Shown in pieces: positions 33,502-39,759 of a DNA stretch of 39,759 nt. The translations under genes were made by a program, and so were the position numbers. Where the stretch lies: the NCBI GenBank assembly GCA_031556275.1, contig JAVBTG010000001.1, positions 1 to 39,759 of the forward strand, written 5' to 3'. This DNA is from Opitutales bacterium (GTDB lineage: Bacteria > Verrucomicrobiota > Verrucomicrobiia > Opitutales > JAKPNF01). Below the pieces are notes generated by a model. That model worked only from the letters and a program-made list of their open reading frames with translations. It was not told the DNA's origin and did not search any database. The stretch's first letter is position 1; each line of letters starts with the position of its first letter.

Positions 33502-33852
33502 TTACGCGGGCAGGAAAAAATGTCCGAGGGTGAGGCCCATATAAAACGCCAGCAGATACGATCCGCACAGCGCGATTCGCGAATGGCGTGTGGCCCGTTT
33601 GGCGTCGCCGTTTCGGTTGGCGCGGATGGTGGCCAGCGAATAGAACAACGGAGCGATGCAGACGATGGCGGAAAAGGGGTCGAATTCCAGATACCCCAGT
33701 AGCAGCACAAAGGGAAACTCCACCCAAAACCCGCAGGCGAGTCCCGTGAAATAAAACAGCAGCAACAACACGTTGATGGCGAGATAGGCCCGGGCTTTCG
33801 GCGGAGTGGCAGGGGACGTGCCGTCGCGAAGAATTGTTTCAGCATGCGTCAT
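33502..33852 (-). CDS. small 3-TM membrane protein, tandem paralogue 2 of 5
   Basis: 116 aa. AYLAINVLLLLFYF ... APLFYSLATIRANRNGDAKRATRHSRIALCGSYLLAFYMG. Confidence 0.7.
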   Translation of the reverse strand: MTHAETILRDGTSPATPPKARAYLAINVLLLLFYFTGLACGFWVEFPFVLLLGYLEFDPFSAIVCIAPLFYSLATIRANRNGDAKRATRHSRIALCGSYLLAFYMGLTLGHFFLPA

Positions 33853-33882
33853 GACGGGTGTTTTTATGCGGCCATCGGAACC

Positions 33883-34242
33883 TCAATGCGGGAGCACCAT
33901 GATGATTGGAAACAGAACGATGAAAACAAGCACCATGATGGGGCCGCAACGTGCGTTTCTTGAATATTTTTTTGCCAGCACGAAATCGCCGTGTCGCTTG
34001 GCTCTCATCGTGCCCAGCGAATAACAGAAAGGGCTGATGACCAAAAAACCCATGCACAATGATCCAAGCAAATCAAACCACTTCATTTCCATGAATGCAC
34101 TACCTATCGCAATGCTGCAGGATTTGAGGTTGATAAACGAAAATGCCAGCAGAACGGAATTGGGGATGATAAACGTCCGAATATTCCACAGTTTGGCGGC
34201 GGGAGTTTGGGGACGGTCGCTTGTCGCTTCGACGGCGTTCAT
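33883..34242 (-). CDS. small 3-TM membrane protein, tandem paralogue 1 of 5
   Basis: The ORF track starts at 34374, but that extension runs into the intergenic repeat. ATG 34242 gives MNAVEATSDRPQTPAAKLWNIRTFIIPNSVLLAF ... SPFCYSLGTMRAKRHGDFVLAKKYSRNARCGPIMVLVFIVL, colinear with the other four. Confidence 0.65.
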   Translation of the reverse strand: MNAVEATSDRPQTPAAKLWNIRTFIIPNSVLLAFSFINLKSCSIAIGSAFMEMKWFDLLGSLCMGFLVISPFCYSLGTMRAKRHGDFVLAKKYSRNARCGPIMVLVFIVLFPIIMVLPH

Positions 34243-34299
34243 GGGGTGTGAACAGCTTACGCCTGTGCGTGCGAAAGGCAAGGGCGCAGATGCGGCAAA

Positions 34300-34470
34300 T
34301 GGGGGCGAGGGACCTCGGGACTCCTGCGCGCATTTCCTTCGGAAACGCACGTTCCCGCGGTCAAAATCAGGCAAGGCATTGTTTTCGCCGTCGGGGTAGC
34401 TACTACCCCTCCAGCCTCAAACTTCGCCTTGCCCAATTTTGCCGACGCGGGAAAGCCGGGTGGAATCTAG
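34300..34470. repeat. intergenic hairpin-forming repeat element, copy 2 (paralogous to 9362..9556)
   Basis: Same orientation and same arm sequences as copy 1: gttcccgcggtcaaaatcaggcaagg (34351-34376) vs ccttgcccaattttgccgacgcgggaa (34427-34453). It ends with the same ggaatctag. It lies 58 nt upstream of the first 3-TM paralogue. Confidence 0.6.
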
Positions 34471-34876
34471 GCGAAAGCAAGAAGGCGCGCAGGGGATGTT
34501 CACAAACGCCGCGCAAAAGCGCGGTGAGTCAAGTGCAGGGGAGGTAAGAACAGTACTTTTTTATTTTTTCCGTATTCCTTTATTTTTCCAGCACTCGATT
34601 CTTTTATGTTTTTTCCGCATTCGACTCACTGCGCCGTAGGCGCAGCGTAAGAACCCGCCCCTGCCCGCGCGGAAAAATTCTTCGAGACGAAGTGCAAGGA
34701 GGCGTGAGGCGGGGTCTGTACCGTGGTACTGGCCCCGCTTCTCGCCGACGCAGCATGTAGTATCGGAGGATTTTGGCCGCGGGGACGGAAAAAATCGGAG
34801 ATTTTTTTCGTAGAGTCCGAACGCGCGCATCCGCCCCCGCTACAACCTATCGAACATCCGAGCTCCGCTAATGAAA

Positions 34877-35479
34877 TCACCAGCCGATGGCGTTGCGGCG
34901 GCCTTGTTTGGTGATGGATACCTCGTCCTCCCAGACAGCCAACCCGCTCTTCACCTCGGTGAGCGAGAGCTGGAACACATACGTGCGCTGCGTCGTGCTG
35001 CCCGCCTGCGCGGAGTCCTCGATCAGCTTGCCCGACAGGGTGTAGTAGGGGATGCGGTCGGGGGCCTGTTCGCCCGCGGCGAAGGCCGCAGCGTCGCCGG
35101 CTTCCTTGGCGAGGGTGTCCTCGGCGTTTTTGCCGAATGTCGTCGTGGTGACGACCTTGCCGCTTTGGTTGAGCGCGACGCGGATCTTTTTGGTGAGCAT
35201 GTCCGTGTCCACCTGCTGCGTCGTGTTGTTGACGATGCGGCTGACGGCCATGACCGCCGGTTGCGTCGGGGCCTTGTCGAGCGTCTTCGAGGCGAGCAAC
35301 GACTGCACCATTTGGTCGGCTGCGTTCGACCAGTCCTGGATGTTGATTTTCTCCAGGCTCACGACCGTGCGCGGGCCGGAGGAGTCGACATAGGCGGCGT
35401 TGCCGCCCGTGCCGGAGGAGCAGGCGGTGAGGGCGAGCGCGAGCGAGGAAAGCAGAGCGAGAATGGAAAATATTTTCAT
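34877..35479 (-). CDS. lpoB: LpoB-like (penicillin-binding protein activator family) outer-membrane lipoprotein
   Basis: ATG 35479 gives MKIFSILALLSSLALALTAC/SSG (lipobox). RIVNNTTQQVDTDMLTKKIRVALNQSGKV and YYTLSGKLIED...YVFQLSLTEVKSGLAVWEDEVSITKQGR fit the LpoB/COG3417 pattern. It follows a YcfL-like gene, as in E. coli ycfL-lpoB. Confidence 0.7.
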   Translation of the reverse strand: MKIFSILALLSSLALALTACSSGTGGNAAYVDSSGPRTVVSLEKINIQDWSNAADQMVQSLLASKTLDKAPTQPAVMAVSRIVNNTTQQVDTDMLTKKIRVALNQSGKVVTTTTFGKNAEDTLAKEAGDAAAFAAGEQAPDRIPYYTLSGKLIEDSAQAGSTTQRTYVFQLSLTEVKSGLAVWEDEVSITKQGRRNAIGW

Positions 35480-35523
35480 GGGAATGTTTTGGAATTTGTT
35501 TTTTGAAAAAAGCTGAAGCGCGC

Positions 35524-35961
35524 TTACAAAACGGTGCCGGACATGCGGACGCTTTCGAGCATCTTTATGCGGAAGTCGACGGCGTCGGGGTTGGGGGCAA
35601 CGGCCTTTATCATCTTGTGCTCGCCGCCTTCGAGCGAGAGGACGTGCCATGTCTGCGAGGGCGAGCGCACGAGCATGCCCTCCTTGTCGTACCACTCCAC
35701 TTGGTAGCTGACGTTCTTCACCCCGCGCGTGCGGTTACGCACTTCGGCCTGCACCTGCAAAAGGTCGCCCGCCATGGAAGTGTTGACGCCGAGCACCTCC
35801 GCCACGCCGTTGAGCGAGCTGTCGGTGATGACGCGCTTGTCGGCGATCATCTGTTTTTGGCCGGTCGGGTTGGCGGCTTCCACCGTGTTGACGCTGGCGC
35901 AGCCGCCGAGCAGGAAGGCCCCGAGGACGCAGACGAGGATCGCGGGTGTGATGGTTTTCAT
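35524..35961 (-). CDS. YcfL-like (DUF1425) lipoprotein
   Basis: ATG 35961 gives MKTITPAILVCVLGAFLLGGC/ASV (lipobox). The ~125-aa mature beta-rich protein contains LQVQAEVRNRTRGVKNVSYQVEWYDKEGM, matching the YcfL-family pattern. Synteny with lpoB supports the call. Confidence 0.6.
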   Translation of the reverse strand: MKTITPAILVCVLGAFLLGGCASVNTVEAANPTGQKQMIADKRVITDSSLNGVAEVLGVNTSMAGDLLQVQAEVRNRTRGVKNVSYQVEWYDKEGMLVRSPSQTWHVLSLEGGEHKMIKAVAPNPDAVDFRIKMLESVRMSGTVL

Positions 35962-35998
35962 GGGATGTGTTTTTGTGGAGATATTAGGATGAAATGCC

Positions 35999-37390
35999 TC
36001 AGGGAACCAATACAAATTGCGAGACGATCAGCGGCAGGCCCGCCGCGACGCTTTTGGCGCATACGACGTTGACCTTGCCCGGCAGGAGTTCCACCTGTGC
36101 CTGTTGGCCGACCGTCTCAAGGGCGAGGGTGCGGCCGGCGGGCGTGTTCAGGCGCAGGATTTGGATTTGCTTGGGCAGCGTCGACCATGTGCGCAGATCG
36201 GCGTTGTTGGTGGCCACTTGGTAAATGACGCCGATGATCTGCGCCGCCGTCGCCCAATCGCTGTTGCCTGCCGCGCGCGCGCCCTCGGCGACGCCGTATT
36301 GGGCGGCGGCTTTCGCGGCGGCGCTGAGCAGCGCGCGGGTGAGGATCGCGGGAAAGTCGGCCTTAAATTCCTGCCCGACGACGGCGTCGATGTCGGCGAT
36401 CGTGCGGGTAGTGTGGCGGGCACCGTCGGCCACGACGGTGAGCGACGGGGCGTACCCGCCGTGGAACACCAGTTCCGGCAAGGCCATGCCCACATAGGGC
36501 ACGTCTTTGCTGATGAAATAGGAGGGGATGTCGATGCGGCGCTGGGTGCGCCACGGGCCGATGCCCGTTTCAAAAACGACATAGGTGATGGAGGTGTCCA
36601 ACGCCTTGCCGGAACGCGCCAGAACGATGTCGTCGGCCACGAGGGTTTTGTCCACCATGTCGGCGACGCGCTCGAGCGATTTTCGCGCGCGCTCGGCGTC
36701 GCTGGGGCCCTCGCCCCTGTGCAAAAAGAAAACGCCGTCGAGCCACACGCTGAACGGGTTCACAAAAGGCGCGTAGGCGGGCAAGGCGTCGAGGGGTTTG
36801 GTGATGGCGTCGACACCCGTCGCGACGGAGGGGGCTTTTTGCGCGCCGGAGACAAGGCGCGAGTTGGAGGACGCTTTTTTCTTGGCCGCCTCGATCGCGG
36901 CGGCGTTGCGCTCAAGGGCCTTTCTTTGGCTTTCGAGCGCGCGGTTGAGCGCGACGCGCGCGTCGTCGGGCTTGTCGGACTCAAGGGCGTTTAACGCGCG
37001 GTACGTGTCGAGCATGATGCGGTCGTACGCCGCGCCGCGATAGGGGAGCTGGGCTTGGTTGACCAGCAGCGCGCTTGTCTCGTAGCCGACGAGGGTGTCG
37101 GGTTGGTCGTCCCAGTATGCGACGGATTCCTGCGCTTTTGAAAACGCCGCCTCGCTCGCGGCGATGTCGTGGGCCGCCCGCGCCGTCGCGCCCGCCTCCA
37201 GCTGCCAGACAAGGCCGTTGACGCGGTTGTCGTTCCCGTTCATCCCTTTTTTGGCCTCGGACGCCGCCTTTTGGGTGTCCCCCTTTTGCCACGCTTGGCG
37301 CAGGGCCGCCGCGTCGTCGCGATAAGTGGCGCAGCCCGTCAGCAAACATCCCGCAAGCGCGGTCAACGAGATGAGGAATGCGCGGGCCAT
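35999..37390 (-). CDS. large lipoprotein, COG3014-like (partner of YcfL/LpoB-type lipoproteins)
   Basis: An internal ATG (codon 70 of the tracked ORF, 37390) gives MARAFLISLTALAGCLLTGC/ATY (lipobox). It has a helical TPR-like N-half and a C-terminal domain. Its position upstream of YcfL-like and LpoB-like genes mirrors the three-lipoprotein operon I recall from Campylobacter (Cj0089-Cj0091). That comparison is from memory. Confidence 0.55.
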   Translation of the reverse strand: MARAFLISLTALAGCLLTGCATYRDDAAALRQAWQKGDTQKAASEAKKGMNGNDNRVNGLVWQLEAGATARAAHDIAASEAAFSKAQESVAYWDDQPDTLVGYETSALLVNQAQLPYRGAAYDRIMLDTYRALNALESDKPDDARVALNRALESQRKALERNAAAIEAAKKKASSNSRLVSGAQKAPSVATGVDAITKPLDALPAYAPFVNPFSVWLDGVFFLHRGEGPSDAERARKSLERVADMVDKTLVADDIVLARSGKALDTSITYVVFETGIGPWRTQRRIDIPSYFISKDVPYVGMALPELVFHGGYAPSLTVVADGARHTTRTIADIDAVVGQEFKADFPAILTRALLSAAAKAAAQYGVAEGARAAGNSDWATAAQIIGVIYQVATNNADLRTWSTLPKQIQILRLNTPAGRTLALETVGQQAQVELLPGKVNVVCAKSVAAGLPLIVSQFVLVP

Positions 37391-37416
37391 GTTTGTTTTT
37401 CCAAAAAAAGAAAAAA

Positions 37417-38304
37417 TTACTTCTGCGGGTAGGCCAGCTGCAGCGGTTCGACGCCGAAGTCTTCGATGAGTTCCCCGATCGCGTACTTGGGCAGCACGCT
37501 CGTGATTTTCACTTTTCCCACCGGCACTTCTTGGCGGCCGAGCGATTCCTTGGTGTCGGGGTCGACGAGCTCTTCGCCCTGCGCGCACAAGATCCAAATT
37601 TGCCCCATGGCGATATTGCCGCCTTGGCCGCGGTTGATCGTCACCTGCTTGCCCGTCTTGGCGAGCACGCGGGCGGGGTAGACGCTGTCGGTGGTCTTGC
37701 GGGAAATCTCTTCCGCGAGGGTGCGGGCCGTGCGGGCGATGAGGCGATCGTTGTCGACATCGCTCATCTTCACGTCGTTGAACTGGCGCTCGACGTCGAA
37801 TGTGTCGCTCGAAACGCTGGCGGACTCAAGCAGTTTTCCGGTGCTTGTTTCGTAAATTTTGGCGACGGCCCCGGCGCGAATCGAGCGCTTGCGCACCGTC
37901 ATGTCCGACTCGTCGAAACGGCCGAGGTCGTTGCGGTCTTGGAAGTCGTCGATGGTGACGACGAGCAGGTACTTCGCGCCCGCCAGCTCGTAGAGCTTCG
38001 CCATGTTGTCGGCGGCGAGATTCCCCGAGGCCGATAGGCCCTGCTCCTGCATCACCGCCGACAGGTCGGCGCGCACGACGATCTGAAACTTTCGCGTTTG
38101 CTGGAACGTGTCGATGATCTGGGCGTCGACGCTCTGCGCGAGGCGCTCGAGGGAGTTTTTCGAGCCGCGCTTTTGGGCGGCCTCGAGCACGGCTTTGCCG
38201 GTTTCGACGGGCGCGATGCCGAGGGTCTGGCGCTGCTCCGTCTGGGCGAAAACGGCCAAGGGCGACAGCGCGAGGGCGAGCAGGAGAATTTTTTTCATTT
38301 TCAT
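37417..38304 (-). CDS. periplasmic protein with CsgG/LpoB-like alpha/beta domain and C-terminal small beta-barrel domain
   Basis: 295 aa with a signal peptide (MKMKKILLLALALSPLAVFA/QTE). LGIAPVE..., AQIIDTFQQTRKFQIVVRADL and AGAKYLLVVTIDDF resemble the CsgG/LpoB-superfamily core. The C-terminus (ARVLAKTGKQVTINRGQGGNIAMGQIW...VGKVKITSVLPKYA) looks SH3-like. Confidence 0.5.
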   Translation of the reverse strand: MKMKKILLLALALSPLAVFAQTEQRQTLGIAPVETGKAVLEAAQKRGSKNSLERLAQSVDAQIIDTFQQTRKFQIVVRADLSAVMQEQGLSASGNLAADNMAKLYELAGAKYLLVVTIDDFQDRNDLGRFDESDMTVRKRSIRAGAVAKIYETSTGKLLESASVSSDTFDVERQFNDVKMSDVDNDRLIARTARTLAEEISRKTTDSVYPARVLAKTGKQVTINRGQGGNIAMGQIWILCAQGEELVDPDTKESLGRQEVPVGKVKITSVLPKYAIGELIEDFGVEPLQLAYPQK

Positions 38305-38322
38305 GAGGGCGGGGAATGGAGA

Positions 38323-39468
38323 TTAGCGGATGGCGGGGGTCTGCTGGAGCAGGCTCTGGTTGTAGTTTTGAATAATGCCTTCCTTGGTGTCCACTTTGAT
38401 GTCCTCGCTCTGGCGGATCATATAACCGCTCTGGCGGAGCATCTGGGCGTAGCCGTCGATCTGGCGCACTTCGGCGTCGGTCAGCTTGGAACCTTGTTTG
38501 AGGTCTTCGAGGAATTGGGCCATGTCCTTCCAGCGGGCCAGCCCCTGTTCGTCGAGCGAAAGGGCCACGGTGAGGTTCAGCCCCTCGGTGACGTTGACCA
38601 TGCGCTCCCACGGTGCAAAACCCTCGCGCGTGAGCTTGAGCTTGGCGAGGCCGCGCGCATGGGAAATAGTGGTCGGGGTGGTGCCGACCACGATGCCGTC
38701 GAGCGCGACGGAGACGCCCGAGATGTCCACGGGATAGCGCGTTTGGGTGGTGCGGTATTCGCCCTCCTTGGTCTTGATGACTTCAGGGAACAGCAGATCC
38801 CCCCACACCGTGCGCACTTGGACGGCGGCTTCGGCGGGGACTTTTCCGGCTTGCGCGATCGTGGATGCCCTGTCTTTGATTTGCGAGGCAAGGGCGGTGG
38901 CGAGCTTTTGCGCGGCCTCGGCCATGAGGGGAACCGCGACGTTGCTTTCTTCCACTTTAAGGCTGGTGCGTTCCGGCGTCGTCAGCGTGGCGACAGCGTT
39001 GACGCCCGCAAGGGCCGCGCCGTCGCGCGTGTCGAGCAGGCGGGCCGAGGCGTGGAGCATGTGGGTCTGGTTGAGGGTGAGCACCCCGTAGCCGTTAAAC
39101 TGGCGGCTCTGCGTGTCGTAGCCTGTCAGCGAGGCGACGATGATGCAGTCGACCCCCATCGCGCGGGCGAGGGCCAAGGCGGTCGTCTCGTCTTCCAGCG
39201 CGGCGTCGAGCTTCGCCATGCCCGCGCCGGCGGCCTTGGGCGAGGCGTAGTTTTGCAGGGCCTTTACGGTGTCGCGCTGGTCGGCCACCGCTATATTGTT
39301 TTGCGCCAGCTGGGCGGCCAGCATGTCGGTGAAAGCGCCCGCCTTCTTTTCAAAGAGGGGGTCGGCGATCCGGTCGGCCACGAACAGCGCGGCGCGCACC
39401 GGCTCGGCGGCGCGCAAGGGCAACCACACGGACAACAGGCACAGGAGGGGAAGGATGAATTTTTTCAT
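38323..39468 (-). CDS. secreted protein with CsgG/LpoB-like N-domain and PEGA domain
   Basis: ATG 39468 gives MKKFILPLLCLLSVWLPLRA/AEP. VSVALDGIVVGTTPTTISHARGLAKLKLTREGFAPWERMVNV fits the PEGA-domain pattern. The N-half (FTDMLAAQLAQNNIAVADQ..., ARAMGVDCIIVASLTGY) resembles the same alpha/beta fold as the downstream genes. Confidence 0.55.
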   Translation of the reverse strand: MKKFILPLLCLLSVWLPLRAAEPVRAALFVADRIADPLFEKKAGAFTDMLAAQLAQNNIAVADQRDTVKALQNYASPKAAGAGMAKLDAALEDETTALALARAMGVDCIIVASLTGYDTQSRQFNGYGVLTLNQTHMLHASARLLDTRDGAALAGVNAVATLTTPERTSLKVEESNVAVPLMAEAAQKLATALASQIKDRASTIAQAGKVPAEAAVQVRTVWGDLLFPEVIKTKEGEYRTTQTRYPVDISGVSVALDGIVVGTTPTTISHARGLAKLKLTREGFAPWERMVNVTEGLNLTVALSLDEQGLARWKDMAQFLEDLKQGSKLTDAEVRQIDGYAQMLRQSGYMIRQSEDIKVDTKEGIIQNYNQSLLQQTPAIR

Positions 39469-39577
39469 GGGCGCGGTGGTTTCTACAAAATGATATTTTC
39501 CTATGCGGAAAAGTAGTCCTATTCGTTGCGCCTTGCAAAGCAAAACAGTGTTTTTTAAGGTGGAGAATAGAATCTCT

Positions 39578-39759
39578 ATGAAGCCGCAAACACACCTTTC
39601 GCACCTGTTCCGCCAGATCACTTGGGATGAGATCGACCCGGCGTATCTGCGCCAGATGATCGCCATCTCCCGGGCCGAGGACATTGAGGGCGCGGGGCTA
39701 AAGGAATTGCCTGCCCACCCGGGCGACGTGACGACGGCGGCGCTCGGCGCGAAGGGAAT
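39578..39759 (+). CDS. nadC: nicotinate-nucleotide pyrophosphorylase (quinolinate phosphoribosyltransferase), 5' fragment
   Basis: My translation from ATG 39578 is MKPQTHLSHLFRQITWDEIDPAYLRQMIAISRAEDIEGAGLKELPAHPGDVTTAALGAKG. The ...A(L/I)xEDxxxxGDVTT pattern is typical of NadC N-termini. Only 60 codons are visible. Confidence 0.5.
   Translation, partial: MKPQTHLSHLFRQITWDEIDPAYLRQMIAISRAEDIEGAGLKELPAHPGDVTTAALGAKG

Noticed and set aside
9362-34470. The two direct copies of the structured repeat as att-like borders of a 25-kb genomic island
   Set aside because: The enclosed segment contains ordinary metabolic genes (aldolase, TIM-barrel, mutarotase-like) and no integrase or mobility genes. 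The repeat copies are too diverged for recent site-specific duplication. It is kept only as a remark in the repeat finding.
1-39759. CRISPR arrays, rRNA, tRNA, IS elements
   Set aside because: Scanning the intergenic regions by eye found no regularly spaced direct repeats, no rRNA- or tRNA-like sequences and no transposase-like ORFs.

Overview
This is a 39.8-kb, visibly GC-rich bacterial chromosomal window. I found no rRNA, tRNA, CRISPR array, transposase or integrase. Recognisable genes are: glmS (7480-9336); a sensor HAMP/PP2C phosphatase; an aldose-1-epimerase-family protein and a second, only tentatively mutarotase-like protein; a cluster of an M55 (DppA-like) peptidase, an HpcH/HpaI aldolase and a xylose-isomerase-like TIM barrel; an HdeD/DUF308 membrane protein; a five-gene envelope (lipo)protein operon ending in YcfL-like and LpoB-like genes; and the 5' end of a nadC-like gene. 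The remainder looks accessory and is mostly uncharacterised. (i) A two-gene cassette is present in two diverged copies. In each, a ~1500-aa signal-peptide protein is joined through an ATGA stop/start overlap to an N-terminally membrane-anchored beta-sandwich protein (384 aa in copy B; copy A runs off the window). The large protein has GQLK-motif repeats, thrombospondin-type-3-like Ca repeats, an FN3-like module, a divergent centre and a conserved C-terminal DUF900-type Ser/Asp/His hydrolase. Copy B also has an upstream secreted jelly-roll gene and a decayed orphan copy of the partner. (ii) A class II Fic gene is bracketed by an 18-nt repeat containing a 6-3-6 palindrome, and four tandem ~105-aa paralogues lie directly upstream. 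(iii) There is an operon of five tandem small 3-TM paralogues. (iv) Two adjacent, overlapping secreted proteins are built from four copies of a ~150-aa module I do not recognise. (v) A ~170-195-nt hairpin-forming intergenic repeat occurs twice, once directly downstream of glmS. My best candidate for an undescribed system is (i), read as a secreted hydrolase plus cognate partner module. The tandem small-protein arrays (ii, iii) are the next candidates. All family assignments come from motifs read by eye, with no database search, so functional interpretations are inference.
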